In this document: in pieces, positions 9,495-21,633 of the stretch
How the letters are laid out: every line of letters begins with the position of its first letter
How positions within the stretch are numbered: position 1 is the first letter of the stretch
Assembly (NCBI GenBank): GCA_963665125.2
Contig: CAXXUK010000002.1
Location: forward strand, 1,184,001-1,248,000
Reading direction: 5' to 3'
Source: an uncultured Desulfarculus sp.
GTDB lineage: Bacteria; Desulfobacterota; Desulfarculia; Desulfarculales; Desulfarculaceae
DNA length: 64,000 nt
Program-made: the position numbers and the translations under genes
The notes under the pieces: model-generated
Database searches by the model: none
Told to the model about the DNA's origin: nothing
What the model saw: the letters and a program-made list of their open reading frames with translations, nothing else

Positions 9495-10389
9495 CGATAC
9501 ACTCCACTTCCGGCTCCAGGCTCACGCCGAACATGTCGAGAACCTTTGACGAAGCCTTGCCCATCAGCCGTTTGATCTGCTCGGCCGTGGCGCCGCCGGT
9601 GTTCTCAATAAAATTGGCGTGCTTGGGGCTGATCATGGCTCGGCCTTCCATTAGGCCTTTCAAACCGGCCGCCTCGATGAGCCGTCCGGCGTAGTCGTCT
9701 TTGGGGTTCTTGAAAACGCTGCCGGCCGTGCGGGCCGCAAGGGGCTGGGCCGCCTTGCGTCTTCTCAAATATTCATTGCGGCGTCCGATTACCAGGCCCG
9801 GCGTTTCCTGCTCCAGTCGGAGCCTGACCTCCAGGACCACCGCCCCCTCGGGCATCTGCCTGGAGCGATAGCCATAGGGCAACTCGAAGCAGCCGAAATC
9901 CTTGGATTCGCCGCCCGGCAGCAACAAGGTAACCCTCTGACAGGCGGAGGCCATGTCCATGTCATAGGCCCCTGCGTTGCCGGCCACGGCCCCACCCACG
10001 GTGCAGGGGATGCCCACGGCCCATTCCAGGCCGCCGAGGCCGTATTCGGCGCAGCGCCTTACCGCTCGCGCCAGCGAGGCCCCGCCGCCGCAGGTGATGC
10101 TTGAGCCCGCGACTTTGATGCCGGCCAGATCGCCGCGCATCACGGCGATAACGCCTTTAAAGCCTTGGTCGGCGGCCAGCAGGTTCGAGCCTCGGCCGAT
10201 CACCTTGCAGGCCACTCCGGCCCGGCCGGTTACCTCGAAAAGCCAGATCAATTCATGGGCCGTATGGACTCGGCAAAGGCACCAGGCCGGACCGCCCACA
10301 CCCCAAGTGGTGTGACGGCTGAGGGGCTCGTCGAACAGGGCTCTTTGGCCCAACTTCGCGGCTATCTCCCTGCCCAGAGCCTGTTTCAT
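9487..10389 (-). CDS. murB: UDP-N-acetylmuramate dehydrogenase
   Basis: 'HTTWGVGGPA', 'GRGSNLL', 'AGSVFKNP', 'HANFIEN' and 'LEPEV'. Confidence 0.96.
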   Translation of the reverse strand: MKQALGREIAAKLGQRALFDEPLSRHTTWGVGGPAWCLCRVHTAHELIWLFEVTGRAGVACKVIGRGSNLLAADQGFKGVIAVMRGDLAGIKVAGSSITCGGGASLARAVRRCAEYGLGGLEWAVGIPCTVGGAVAGNAGAYDMDMASACQRVTLLLPGGESKDFGCFELPYGYRSRQMPEGAVVLEVRLRLEQETPGLVIGRRNEYLRRRKAAQPLAARTAGSVFKNPKDDYAGRLIEAAGLKGLMEGRAMISPKHANFIENTGGATAEQIKRLMGKASSKVLDMFGVSLEPEVECIGG

Positions 10390-11758
<1,369 letters not shown>

Positions 11759-11766
<8 letters not shown>

Positions 11767-12862
11767 CGGCTCCCTCCTTCATGATTTCAAGGCAGCGCGC
11801 GGCAATGGCCGTGGCCGCCCGGGGCCTGGCCAGGGCCAGGGCGTTTTGCTCGATGACCTTCAGGGCCTCGGCGTTGCCGATGAACTCTTCGATGGACTGG
11901 GACGCCGCCTTGGCGTCGAAGCCAGCGTCGTCGATGAGCCTGGCCGCGTCCCGGGCCTTCAGGGCCTTGGCGTTTAGCATCTGGTGGTCGCCGGCCGCAT
12001 AGGGGTAGGGCACGGCCACGCAGGCTCGGCCCGTGGCCATTACTTCAGTGAGGGTCCCGGCTCCGGCCCGGCAGATGATCAGGTGGGCCCAGCCGTAGAG
12101 CTTGCCCACGTCCTGGAAAAAGGCCTTTACCTCGGCCTGGAAACCGGCCTTTGCATAGGCCTCGGCCACCCACTGTTCGTCGGAGACGCCGGTCTGATGC
12201 ACGAAACGCAGCTTGTTTTTGTAGTCTCCCAAAAGCTCCAGCGCGGCGGTGACACCCTTGTTGACGCTCTGGGCGCCCTGGCTGCCTCCCAGGATCAGCA
12301 CCCGGAATTCATCATCCGGTTGGGGCCGCTCAACGGCGGCGGCCTGTTCCAGAAGCTCGGCGCGCACCGGATTGCCCATGAGTTCGCATTTGGCTGCGGG
12401 CAGTTCCTTTTCCGCGCCGGGGAACGAGGTGAACACCACGTCGGCGAAGCGGCTGAGCACGCGGTTGGTCAGGCCCGGCGAGGCGTTTTGTTCCTGCACG
12501 GCCAGGGGCACGCCCTTGATCCGGGCGGCCAGGCCCAGAGGCAAGGCGGCGTATCCGCCCACGGCCAGCACCAGGCCGGGATTGTGGCGCTTGATCAGGC
12601 CCATGGCCCGCCAAACAGCCGGGGGCACCTGGGCCAGGGCCTTGAGGCGGCCCAGCACGCCGCGCCCGCGGAACGCGCTGGCCTTCAGTGGCTCCAGGGG
12701 CAGTCCGGCCCGGCGCAGGACATCGCTTTCCAGGGCCTTGCCCGCGCTGACAAAAGTCACCGGAATATCCGGGCGCAGACGGCGCAACTCACCAGCCACG
12801 GCCAGGCCGGGGAACAGGTGCCCGCCGGTGCCGCCACCGGCTATGAGAACCGCCGCGCTCAT
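11759..12862 (-). CDS. murG: Undecaprenyl-PP-MurNAc-pentapeptide GlcNAc transferase
   Basis: Start MSAAVLIAGGGTGGH at 12862; 'QEQN', 'GNPVR', 'GGSQGA' and 'RAGAGT'. Confidence 0.97.
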
Positions 12863-13995
12863 GCTTTTCGATCCCTGTGCGCCGACACCGAAAGCAGGAT
12901 ACCCACGCAAACGAAATTGGTGACCATTGACGAGCCGCCCGAACTGATGAACGGCAGGGTCAGGCCCGTGGTGGGCAGCGCTCCCATGACAACCCCGGCG
13001 TTGACAAAGGCCTGTAGGCCGATTATCAGGGTGGCCCCCATGGCCAGGTATGTGCCAAAGAGATCGCGTGCGCCCAGGGCCGTCTTGATGCCCCGCCAGA
13101 CCAGCAGCAGGAACAGGCTCAGCACCAGGGCCACTCCCCAGAGGCCGAGTTCCTCGCCCAGCACGCTGAAGATGAAATCCGTGTGCGGCTCGGGCAGGTA
13201 AAACAGCTTTTGCTTGGATGCGCCCAGCCCGGCTCCCATGGTGCCCCCCGAGCCGAAGGCCAGGAAGCTGTGCACGATCTGGAAGCCAGCGCCGTAGCGG
13301 TATTTCCAGGGGTCCAGAAAGACGGCCAGGCGCTGGAACCGGTAGGGGAAGGCCACGATAAGAGTGTAAACCACCGGGATGGCCGTGACCACCAAACCGC
13401 CGAGATAGAGCATGCGCACGCCCGCCACGAACATCATCACCAAACCGATGGTGAAGACCATCAGGCTCATGCCCAGGTCCGGCTGGGCCAGGATGGGCAG
13501 CACCAGGACAACGGACATGCCCAGGTGGGGCAGGAAACCCCTGCTGAAGGTCCGGATATTGTCGTGATGGGCCGAAAGCGAGTAAGCCATGTACATCATC
13601 AGGGCCAGCTTGGCCAGCTCCGAGGGCTGGATCGAAACACCGAACAGGCGCAGCCAGCGGGCAGCGCCGCCGGCCCTGTGGCCCAGGCCGGGGATCAATA
13701 CGGCCACCAACAGGATGAACACCAGGCCCAGGAAGGGATAGGCCCACCGCCGCAGCCGGTCGTATTCCATGCGGGCCAGGAAGATCATCAGGCCCAGGCC
13801 CACGCCGACATGTAGAAGCTGACGCTTGAAGAAATAAGCCGCGTCCATGTGCCGTTTGAGGGCCAGACTGCTGCTGGCCGAATAGACCATGACCAGGCCG
13901 ATTGCCGTCAGAGCCAATACGGCCAGAATCAGCCACGGATCGGAAAAACGCAGGCTCCAGGTCTTGGGAGCGGTTTTAACGGCTGCTTCAGCCAT
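12859..13995 (-). CDS. ftsW: SEDS peptidoglycan glycosyltransferase FtsW
   Basis: Multi-TM; 'GAARWL', 'IQPSELAK', 'QPDLG', 'LPEPHTDFIF' and 'LPFISSGGSS'. Confidence 0.96.
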   Translation of the reverse strand: MAEAAVKTAPKTWSLRFSDPWLILAVLALTAIGLVMVYSASSSLALKRHMDAAYFFKRQLLHVGVGLGLMIFLARMEYDRLRRWAYPFLGLVFILLVAVLIPGLGHRAGGAARWLRLFGVSIQPSELAKLALMMYMAYSLSAHHDNIRTFSRGFLPHLGMSVVLVLPILAQPDLGMSLMVFTIGLVMMFVAGVRMLYLGGLVVTAIPVVYTLIVAFPYRFQRLAVFLDPWKYRYGAGFQIVHSFLAFGSGGTMGAGLGASKQKLFYLPEPHTDFIFSVLGEELGLWGVALVLSLFLLLVWRGIKTALGARDLFGTYLAMGATLIIGLQAFVNAGVVMGALPTTGLTLPFISSGGSSMVTNFVCVGILLSVSAHRDRKA

Positions 13996-15331
13996 CGGCG
14001 CCCTCCAAGACGATTTTGCGGAAATGGTCGCCCCTGGCGGCGTAGCCGGTGTAGGCGTCGAAGCTGGCGCAGCCGGGCGAGAGCACGATGGCGTCGCCGG
14101 CCAAGGCCATTTTGCGGGCCATGGTCACCGCGCCGGGCAGATCAGCGGCGATCTGGCAGATGGCCATGCCGTTGATTTGTTTGGCTATGGACGGACCGGC
14201 CTCGCCAAAGCAGACCACGCCCCGCACCTTTTGCAACTGGGGTTGTAGTTCGGCGAAGATGCCGTCTTTGTCCCGGCCGCCCAGGAGCAAGACGGCGGTG
14301 CGGTCAAGGGCATCGATGGCGGCCTGGACCGCCCCCACGTTGGTGCCCTTGCTGTCGTCGTAATAGGCCACGCCGTCGATCTCGGTCACCAGGGCCAGGC
14401 GGTGGCCCAGGGGCTGCATTGTATCTATGGCCCGCTGCATGGCATGGGCCGAAACGCCGCAGGCGGCCACGGCCAGCCCGGCGGCCAGCATGTTGAGCAG
14501 ATTGAAATGGCCGGTCAGGGCGCTGTGGGACGGGTCCAGGATGATCGTGGCGCCGTTCAACAGGTCGAGCACCAGCCTGCCGCCGCTGATTCGGCCGCCT
14601 GGTATTGGCTTGTAATCTGCTCCATAGGGCGTCACCTTGGCCGGGGCCAGGCTGCTGCGGCGGGCCACCTCGGGGTCGTCGGCGCAGAGCACGGCCACGT
14701 CGCCGCCCCGCTGGTTGGCCAGCATGCTGAACTTGCTGGCGGCGTAGTCGTCAAAGCTTGCGTAGCGGTCCAGGTGGTCGGCGGTGATGTTCAATACCAC
14801 GCCGACCTTGGGCCGAAGGGTGGAGGCCGTGTCGGTTTGGAACGAGCTGACTTCCAACACCGCCCAGTCGGCGTCCTGGTCGCCGAGCACGTATTCGGCC
14901 AGGGGACGGCCCAGGTTGCCGCCCAGGAAGACCTTGTTGCCGGCGGCCTTGAGCATTTCGCCGATGAGCGTGGTCACAGTGGACTTGCCGTTGGTGCCGG
15001 TGATCATTACCGAAGGCGTTTGCAGGAAGCGGAAGGCCAGTTCCATTTCGCCGATGACTTCGGCACCGGATTCGGCGGCGGCCCTCACCTCGGGCAGACG
15101 GTGGTCCACGCCGGGGCTGAGCACCACCATGTCGGCGCCCCGGAAGTCGGAGATGTTGTGGCAGCCCAGGCGCATCACCGCGCCCTGGCTTTCCAGGCCC
15201 CTGGCGGCGGGCGGATCAGGGTTCTTGTCCGTGGCCAATACCCGGGCGCCGTGGGCCAGGCAGAGCCTGGCCGCGGCCACGCCGCTGGCCCCCAAACCCA
15301 CGATCAGAACTTTTTTGCCCGTCAGATCCAC
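13988..15331 (-). CDS. murD: UDP-MurNAc-L-Ala--D-Glu ligase
   Basis: 'GLGASG', 'ITGTNGKST', 'EVSSFQ', 'DDSKGTN' and 'LSPGCASFD'. Confidence 0.97.
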   Translation of the reverse strand: MDLTGKKVLIVGLGASGVAAARLCLAHGARVLATDKNPDPPAARGLESQGAVMRLGCHNISDFRGADMVVLSPGVDHRLPEVRAAAESGAEVIGEMELAFRFLQTPSVMITGTNGKSTVTTLIGEMLKAAGNKVFLGGNLGRPLAEYVLGDQDADWAVLEVSSFQTDTASTLRPKVGVVLNITADHLDRYASFDDYAASKFSMLANQRGGDVAVLCADDPEVARRSSLAPAKVTPYGADYKPIPGGRISGGRLVLDLLNGATIILDPSHSALTGHFNLLNMLAAGLAVAACGVSAHAMQRAIDTMQPLGHRLALVTEIDGVAYYDDSKGTNVGAVQAAIDALDRTAVLLLGGRDKDGIFAELQPQLQKVRGVVCFGEAGPSIAKQINGMAICQIAADLPGAVTMARKMALAGDAIVLSPGCASFDAYTGYAARGDHFRKIVLEGADG

Positions 15332-15335
15332 CAGC

Positions 15336-16418
15336 CTACCTCAACTTCAGGGTGCTAAGGGCCAAAAGGGCCAGGATGATCGCGATAATCCAAAAACGCA
15401 CGATGACCTTGGGCTCGGCCCAGCCCTTGAGTTCAAAATGGTGATGCAGCGGGGCCATGCGGAAGATGCGCTTGCCGCCGGTCATCTTGAAGAAACCCAC
15501 CTGCATGATCACACTGAGGGCCTCCACCACGAACAGGCCGCCCACCAGGGCTAGCAGGATTTCGTGCTTGGTGGCCAGGGCCACTATGCCCAGAGCCCCG
15601 CCCAGGGCCAGAGATCCGGTGTCGCCCATGAACACCTGGGCCGGATAGGCGTTGTACCAAAGAAAGCCCAGCACGGCTCCGGCCACGGCCCCGCAGAACA
15701 CCGTCAACTCGCCCACGCCCGGCACGAAGGTTATCTGTAAGTATTCTGCGCTCTTGGCGTTGCCCGACAGATAGCTGAGCACCAGGTAGGTGCCCATGGC
15801 GATGAGAATTGGTCCGGCGGCCAGGCCGTCCAGCCCGTCGGTGAGGTTGACCGCGTTGGAGGTGCCCACCAGGATGAACACGGCCAATAGCACGTAGCCC
15901 CAGCCCAGGTCCGGCACCACGAACTTCAAAAACGGCACCGACAACTGGGTGCTGTAGCCGGGGTGCAGGTACAGCGAAACAGCGGCGGCCAGGGACACCA
16001 CGGCCAGGGCTGTGAACTTCTTGCCGGCGCTCAGGCCGCCTTCGTTGCTCTTGCTGACCTTCTTGGACCAGTCGTCGCTGAAGCCCACGACGCCGAAACC
16101 GTAGGTTACGCCCATGGCCAGCCAGAGATAAAAATTGCCAAGGTCGGCCCATAGAAGGACTGAAACCAGCACCGACAATAGGATCAGGACGCCGCCCATG
16201 GTCGGGGTGCCGGCCTTGGCTTGATGACTTTCCGGGCCAAGTTTGCGGATATGCTGGCCAATTTGCAGCTCCTGCAACTTGGCGATAAGCCATGGGCCCA
16301 GGACCAAGGCGATAACCAGGGCCGTGACGGCCGCGTAGATCGTGCGGAAGGTGATATAGCGGAAGACGTTGAAGCCAACGAAAACGTCCCGCAGGGGATA
16401 TAGCAGATGATACAGCAT
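15336..16418 (-). CDS. mraY: Phospho-MurNAc-pentapeptide translocase
   Basis: Start MLYHLLYPL at 16418; 'GTPTMGG', '[12 protein letters not shown]', 'VFMGDTGS' and 'MAPLHHHFE'. Confidence 0.98.
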   Translation of the reverse strand: MLYHLLYPLRDVFVGFNVFRYITFRTIYAAVTALVIALVLGPWLIAKLQELQIGQHIRKLGPESHQAKAGTPTMGGVLILLSVLVSVLLWADLGNFYLWLAMGVTYGFGVVGFSDDWSKKVSKSNEGGLSAGKKFTALAVVSLAAAVSLYLHPGYSTQLSVPFLKFVVPDLGWGYVLLAVFILVGTSNAVNLTDGLDGLAAGPILIAMGTYLVLSYLSGNAKSAEYLQITFVPGVGELTVFCGAVAGAVLGFLWYNAYPAQVFMGDTGSLALGGALGIVALATKHEILLALVGGLFVVEALSVIMQVGFFKMTGGKRIFRMAPLHHHFELKGWAEPKVIVRFWIIAIILALLALSTLKLR

Positions 16419-17812
16419 CAGGCCTTCTCCCAATCGATCTCGGTCAGCCGTTTGACGACCAGCTCCATGTGCGAGGCGCGGGAGCCCTTGATCAAGACGG
16501 TCAGTCCGTCTCCCAGAATCTTGCGGCAGTCTTTGATCAGGCCGTCGATATTGCCGTAGGCCTTGGCGTATTTCTTGGACAGCCCGGCGTCCCTGGCTCC
16601 GGCCGCCACTTCCTCGGCCATTTGACCCAGGGCCAGGACGAATTTGCAGTTGTTGGCCACGGCCAGCTCGCCCACCTGCCGGTGAAGGGCCGCCGCGTCG
16701 GGCCCCAGTTCGCCCATGTCGCCCATGATCAGGCCGTGGCCCTTGCCCCACTTGGAGAGCACGGTCAGTGCCTGGAGCCCGGCGGCCACCGAGGCCGGAT
16801 TGGCGTTGTAGGTGTCATCGATCAAAAGCGGCCCGCCGGTGGTGAAGATGTTCTGCAGGCGGCCCTTGGGCGGGGCGAACTCCTCGATGCCCCGTTTGAT
16901 CTGTTCGTCGTCCAGGCCCAGGGCCAAGCCCACGGCCGCAGCGCCCAAGGCGTTGGATACGTTGTGCCGGCCCGGCGCGGCCAGGCGCACGCGCATGGGG
17001 GCGTACTGGCCGATCTCCATGGTAAAGGCCTGGCGGCTGCCAAAGGCCGAGACATCCCTGGCCATCACGTTGGCCTGGTTGCTGATGCCGAAGGTCGTCA
17101 CCCGGCAGGAGAGCTTACCCGCCCAGGTAGCCAGGCGGGGATCGTCGAGGTTGACCACGGCCACGGCCTCGGGGCCAAGGGCCTCGAAAAGCTCGGTCTT
17201 GGCCGCGGCGATGGCCTCCATGGAGCCGAGCATGCCTATATGGGCCGGGCCTACATTGGTGATCAGGCCAACGTCGGGTCTGGCTATTCCGGCCAGATAG
17301 GCAATCTCGCCGGGGGCGTTCATGCCCATCTCGGCCACGCAGGCCTGATGGTCCTCGGTCAGTTCCAGCAGGGTCAGGGGCAGGCCGATGTGGTTGTTGT
17401 AGTTGCCCCTGGTGGCCAGGACCTTGAAGCCCTCGGCCAAGACGGCTGCGGTCAGGTCCTTGGTGGTGGTCTTTCCGTTTGAGCCGGTTATGGCCACCAG
17501 CTTGACGCCCAGTTCCTCGCGCCAGGCCCGGGCCAGTTTGCCCAGGGCGGCGATGGTGTCGTCAACGGCCAACAGCGGCTCGCCGGAAAGCTGGAAATTC
17601 CGGCCGACCAGGGCGGCGGCCGCACCTGCGTCCAGGGCTTTTTGCACGAAATCATGGCCGTCAAAGTTTTCGCCCTTGATTGCCACGAAAAGTTGACCCG
17701 GTTTCAGGGTGCGGGTGTCGTGGCAGACGCCGGTCAAGACCGTGTCGCCCGCGATGGCCGCGGCCTGGGCGCCCGTGGCGCGTGCTATGAAATCTATGTT
17801 AAACGAGGCCAC
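16418..17812 (-). CDS. murF: UDP-MurNAc-tripeptide--D-Ala-D-Ala ligase
   Basis: GTG start at 17812 after AGGAG; '[11 protein letters not shown]', 'NNHIGLP', 'DDTYNANP' and 'KGSR'. Confidence 0.96.
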   Translation of the reverse strand: MASFNIDFIARATGAQAAAIAGDTVLTGVCHDTRTLKPGQLFVAIKGENFDGHDFVQKALDAGAAAALVGRNFQLSGEPLLAVDDTIAALGKLARAWREELGVKLVAITGSNGKTTTKDLTAAVLAEGFKVLATRGNYNNHIGLPLTLLELTEDHQACVAEMGMNAPGEIAYLAGIARPDVGLITNVGPAHIGMLGSMEAIAAAKTELFEALGPEAVAVVNLDDPRLATWAGKLSCRVTTFGISNQANVMARDVSAFGSRQAFTMEIGQYAPMRVRLAAPGRHNVSNALGAAAVGLALGLDDEQIKRGIEEFAPPKGRLQNIFTTGGPLLIDDTYNANPASVAAGLQALTVLSKWGKGHGLIMGDMGELGPDAAALHRQVGELAVANNCKFVLALGQMAEEVAAGARDAGLSKKYAKAYGNIDGLIKDCRKILGDGLTVLIKGSRASHMELVVKRLTEIDWEKA

Positions 17813-19343
17813 TGCCCGTCTCCTGTTCACTTGTCGCGGCCAGGGCCGCCGCCGCCTGTTCGCGGTCGTCAAAGTGCCGTTTTTCCCGGCCGATGATCTG
17901 GTAGTCCTCGTGGCCCTTGCCCGCTATGAGTATGGTGTCCGCGGGGCCCGCGGATGCCACGGCCATGGCGATGGCGCCTGCCCGGTCCGGTTCCACGATA
18001 TAGGCCGGTCCGTTGGCGACGGGGTTGTCGGTGCGGCGGGCGCCGCTCTGGGCCAGGCCCTCCTCGACCATGGCGATGATATCCAGCGGGTCCTCTGTGC
18101 GCGGGTTGTCGCTGGTCAAAACGCTCAGGTCGGCCGCTTCGCCGCTGGCCAGGCCCATCAGGGGTCGCTTGCCCTTGTCGCGGTCGCCTCCCGCGCCGAA
18201 AACGCAGATCAAACGTCCAGCCGTCAGGGGACGCAGGACCTCCAAGGCCCCGGCCACGGCGTCCGGCGTGTGGGCGTAATCAACAAAAACGGCCGGGCAG
18301 CCGCGCGGGCCCATTACCCGCTCCAGGCGGCCGGGCACTTCGGGCATGCCGTCAAGGCCTTGCTTGATTTCATCCGGTTCCAGGTTCAGAGCCAGGCCCA
18401 CGGCCGCCGCGCCTACCAGGTTTTGCAGGTTGAAGCGGCCGACCATTGCCGAATGCAGAGGGATGCGGCCTTGGCCGTGCACCACCTCAAGCTTGATTCC
18501 GTGGACGCTGATTTCTATTTGGTCCGCCGTAATGTCGGCGTCCGATTCGATTCCATAAGTAATGGTGGCCAGGCCAAGCCCCCTGGCCTCGTCGGCCAGA
18601 TCGCGGCCCCTGTCCGTATCAACGCAGATTACGGCCTTGGGGTCTTTGCCCGCCTGGCGGGCCTCGGGCAACAGCTTGTTGAACAGCAGGCGCTTGGCCC
18701 GGAAATAATCTTCCATGTCGCCGTGGTAATCCAGATGGTCACGGCTGAGGTTGGTGAACACGCCCACGTCCAGGTGGCAGAAGTCGGCCCGGTGTTGATC
18801 CAGGGCGTGGGAACTGATCTCCATGGACACGGCCTCGGCACCGGCGGTGCGCATTTCGGCCAGAACTTCCTGAAGGGTGACGGGGTCGGGCGTGGTCATG
18901 TCGGCCGGGCGGCGGCCTCCGGGATGGCTGATTTCCACGGTGCCCATCATTCCAGTAGCCCAGCGCTGGTCCAAAATCGCCCGGACCATGTGGCAAACGG
19001 TGGTCTTGCCGTTGGTGCCCGTAAGGCCTACCATGACCATCTTTTCGCTGGGCCTGCCGTAAAACTCGGCGGCCAGCCCGGCCAAAGCCCGGCGGGAGTC
19101 GCCAACCACCAACTGGCAGACATCGGCGTCAACAGGCTCCTGGACCAGGCAGACAGGCGAACCGGACCGGGCCGCCGCACCGACGAATCTATGTCCGTCG
19201 GTGGCCGTTCCCCGGATGGCGGCGAACAGCGCACCGGGGCCGGCCTGACGGGAGTCGCAGGTCACGGCCGTAATCTCGCAGTTGGGCAGTTCACCCAACA
19301 CGAGCTTTGGTTCGATTATCCGGATAAGACGCTCAGTGTTCAT
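17799..19343 (-). CDS. murE: UDP-MurNAc-dipeptide--meso-diaminopimelate ligase
   Basis: 'TGTNGKTT', 'DHLDYH', 'DYAHTPD', mDAP-specificity motif 'DNPR' and 'AGKGHE'. Confidence 0.97.
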   Translation of the reverse strand: MNTERLIRIIEPKLVLGELPNCEITAVTCDSRQAGPGALFAAIRGTATDGHRFVGAAARSGSPVCLVQEPVDADVCQLVVGDSRRALAGLAAEFYGRPSEKMVMVGLTGTNGKTTVCHMVRAILDQRWATGMMGTVEISHPGGRRPADMTTPDPVTLQEVLAEMRTAGAEAVSMEISSHALDQHRADFCHLDVGVFTNLSRDHLDYHGDMEDYFRAKRLLFNKLLPEARQAGKDPKAVICVDTDRGRDLADEARGLGLATITYGIESDADITADQIEISVHGIKLEVVHGQGRIPLHSAMVGRFNLQNLVGAAAVGLALNLEPDEIKQGLDGMPEVPGRLERVMGPRGCPAVFVDYAHTPDAVAGALEVLRPLTAGRLICVFGAGGDRDKGKRPLMGLASGEAADLSVLTSDNPRTEDPLDIIAMVEEGLAQSGARRTDNPVANGPAYIVEPDRAGAIAMAVASAGPADTILIAGKGHEDYQIIGREKRHFDDREQAAAALAATSEQETGSGLV

Positions 19344-21325
19344 CAGGCGCCTCCATGGGCCGGGGACAGCCTCACCGAAAGGCCGGAGCCGGGCAGCTTG
19401 CCGCCGGGCAGTGGCTGCTGCCAGACCACGCGGCCCCAGCCCTGAGTCTTGATCTTGATGCCGCCGTCGGCGGAAAGGCGCATTATCTGGCGCAGGGTCA
19501 GACCCTTGAGATCAGGCGTCAGGCCCTGGTCGGCCGAGGCCTTGGCCTGGCTGAAGTCGGCTTTGGCCGGCGCCGACGTGGCGGTATTTTCCGCTTCACG
19601 GGCGGCCATCCGCACGGCCGGGCTCTGGAATTCGTGGACGCCCAGTTCGCGCAGGGCCACGCGGGATATTTCGGCAAAGGCCGGACCGGCCACCACGCCG
19701 CCGTAGTGCTGCCTGTATGGCGTGTCGATGAGCACCAGGGTGACGATCTTGGGGTCGTCGGCGGGCACGAAGCCGATGAAGCTGCTCATATATTCATCGT
19801 GGGAATAGCCCTTGCCCGGTTCGACCTTTTGGGCCGTGCCGGTCTTGCCGGCCACGGGCAGGGAGCCGATCCTGGCCAGGGTGCCGGTGCCGCCCTCGGC
19901 CGTGACGGCCTGGAGCATATCCACCAGAATCCGGGCCTCCCGGGCGCTCATGACCCGGCGCACCGCTTCGGGCTCGTTTTCCCGAACCACCCTGGACTGG
20001 GAATCCAACACTGCCTTGACCATGTGGGGCCGCATCATCACGCCGCCGTTGGCCACCGCGGCCACGGCCTGGACCAGCTGCAGCGGCGTGACCGAGACGC
20101 CCTGGCCAAAGGCGATGTTGGCCATCTCCACGGGCCGCCAGCTCTCGGGCGCCCGCAGGATGCCCCTTGCCTCGCCGGGCAGGTCCACGCCGGTGCGGCT
20201 GCCGAAGCCGAAGATGGTCAGGGCGTTGTAAAGGACCTGGGGCCCCATGGCCTGGGCCACCTTGGCCGCTCCGATGTTGGACGAGTATTTGACTATCTCG
20301 GCCAGGGTCAGTTCGTCGTATTCGTGAGTGTCGTGAATCGTGCGGCCGCCCAAACGCCAAGACCCGTGTTCGCAGTCGAACTTCTGATCCAGGCTAACCT
20401 TGTGGCTGGCCAGGGCCGCCGCGGCCACGAATACCTTGAAGGTGGAGCCCGGCTCGTACATATCGGTCACGGCGCGGTTGCGGTAGGTGTTGCGCTTTGA
20501 TTTGCCGAATACATTGGGGTTGAATGTCGGCAGCGAGGCCATGGCCAGGATCTCGCCGGTCTGGGGCGACATGACGATGACCTGGCCCGCCTTGGCCTTG
20601 TACTTTTCAACCGTGTTGGCCAGGGCCTTTTCCGCGGCGTACTGGATGTGCTTGTCCAGGGTCAGGATGATGTGGTTGCCTTCGGTCAGGCTGGTTTCCA
20701 CTTCGCCGGTCATCTGGATGCGCCTGCCCAGGGCGTCGCGGTAGGTGGTCAGCCGCTGGCCTTCGCCGCGCAGCAGCTTGTCCTGGCCGCGCTCGAGGCC
20801 CTCGAGGCCCTTGGCGTCCAGACCGGCAAACCCCAGTACATGGCAGGCCAGGCCGCCGTTGGGGTAAAAGCGGCGGGGTTCGTGGATCAGGCCCACGCCC
20901 TTGATTTTCAATTCGTTGATCTGCTCGGCTTTTTCAGGGTCGATACGCCGCTTGAGCCACACGAACGAGCGCTTGTCGGTCAGCATGCGCTGAAGCGCGC
21001 GGCGGCTTTCGCCGAGGGGCTTGGCCAGGGCGGCGGCGGCCTGAGCCGGGTTTTTCACGGCCTTGGGATGGGCATAGACGCTGACGGTGTCCAGACTGAC
21101 GGCCAACTCCTCGTGGTTGCGGTCGAAGATGATGCCCCGGCGTGGCGGCACCTCGATTAAAAGACTTATTTCACCGTCAGCTATGGAGCTGAGTTTTTCC
21201 TGTTCGAAAACCTGCAGCCACACTGCGCGGGCGCACAGAGCCGCGAACACCAGACCAAAGGTCACGGCGATGATGACTGCCCTGACACGCAGCCAGCGGG
21301 TGAAATCTGTGGCCTTCTTGCTCAT
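19343..21325 (-). CDS. ftsI: Class B PBP FtsI (PBP3) with C-terminal PASTA-like domain
   Basis: 'RRGIIFDRN', catalytic 'EPGSTFK', 'SSN' and 'KTGTAQ'; PASTA-like 'PDLKGLTLRQ'. Confidence 0.96.
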   Translation of the reverse strand: MSKKATDFTRWLRVRAVIIAVTFGLVFAALCARAVWLQVFEQEKLSSIADGEISLLIEVPPRRGIIFDRNHEELAVSLDTVSVYAHPKAVKNPAQAAAALAKPLGESRRALQRMLTDKRSFVWLKRRIDPEKAEQINELKIKGVGLIHEPRRFYPNGGLACHVLGFAGLDAKGLEGLERGQDKLLRGEGQRLTTYRDALGRRIQMTGEVETSLTEGNHIILTLDKHIQYAAEKALANTVEKYKAKAGQVIVMSPQTGEILAMASLPTFNPNVFGKSKRNTYRNRAVTDMYEPGSTFKVFVAAAALASHKVSLDQKFDCEHGSWRLGGRTIHDTHEYDELTLAEIVKYSSNIGAAKVAQAMGPQVLYNALTIFGFGSRTGVDLPGEARGILRAPESWRPVEMANIAFGQGVSVTPLQLVQAVAAVANGGVMMRPHMVKAVLDSQSRVVRENEPEAVRRVMSAREARILVDMLQAVTAEGGTGTLARIGSLPVAGKTGTAQKVEPGKGYSHDEYMSSFIGFVPADDPKIVTLVLIDTPYRQHYGGVVAGPAFAEISRVALRELGVHEFQSPAVRMAAREAENTATSAPAKADFSQAKASADQGLTPDLKGLTLRQIMRLSADGGIKIKTQGWGRVVWQQPLPGGKLPGSGLSVRLSPAHGGA

Positions 21326-21633
21326 TGAGCCCTTCTGGTCCTGTCAGGTCCCGGAATGATCATGCCCTCCCGGAGAGCCGCCTGCTCCAGCCTCTGGGGC
21401 GAGCGCAGGTTGTTGATCTCCACCTGAAGGCGGCGGCTTGTCTCCCGCAACTGGCGCTGCAATTCGAGCGCTTTGCTGATGCGGTACGAAGCCTGAAGCG
21501 ACCTTTCGGTGGCATAGGCGTAAAAAAGTGCCGAACCCGTGAAAAGCGCCAAAAGCACCAGGCCGGGAATCAGCATGCCTGATCTGAGGCCGGCGCCGGA
21601 GCGCACATTGTTGCGTCGTAATGTAACGGTCAA
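21322..21633 (-). CDS. ftsL: Cell division protein FtsL
   Basis: TM plus coiled coil and 'LRSPQRLEQAA'; between rsmH and ftsI. Confidence 0.8.
   Translation of the reverse strand: MTVTLRRNNVRSGAGLRSGMLIPGLVLLALFTGSALFYAYATERSLQASYRISKALELQRQLRETSRRLQVEINNLRSPQRLEQAALREGMIIPGPDRTRRAQ

Noticed and set aside
8601..10389. Absence of ddl (and lpxC) from the dcw cluster
   Set aside because: murB overlaps ftsQ with no scar; dcw clusters lacking ddl are common, so this is not evidence of loss.
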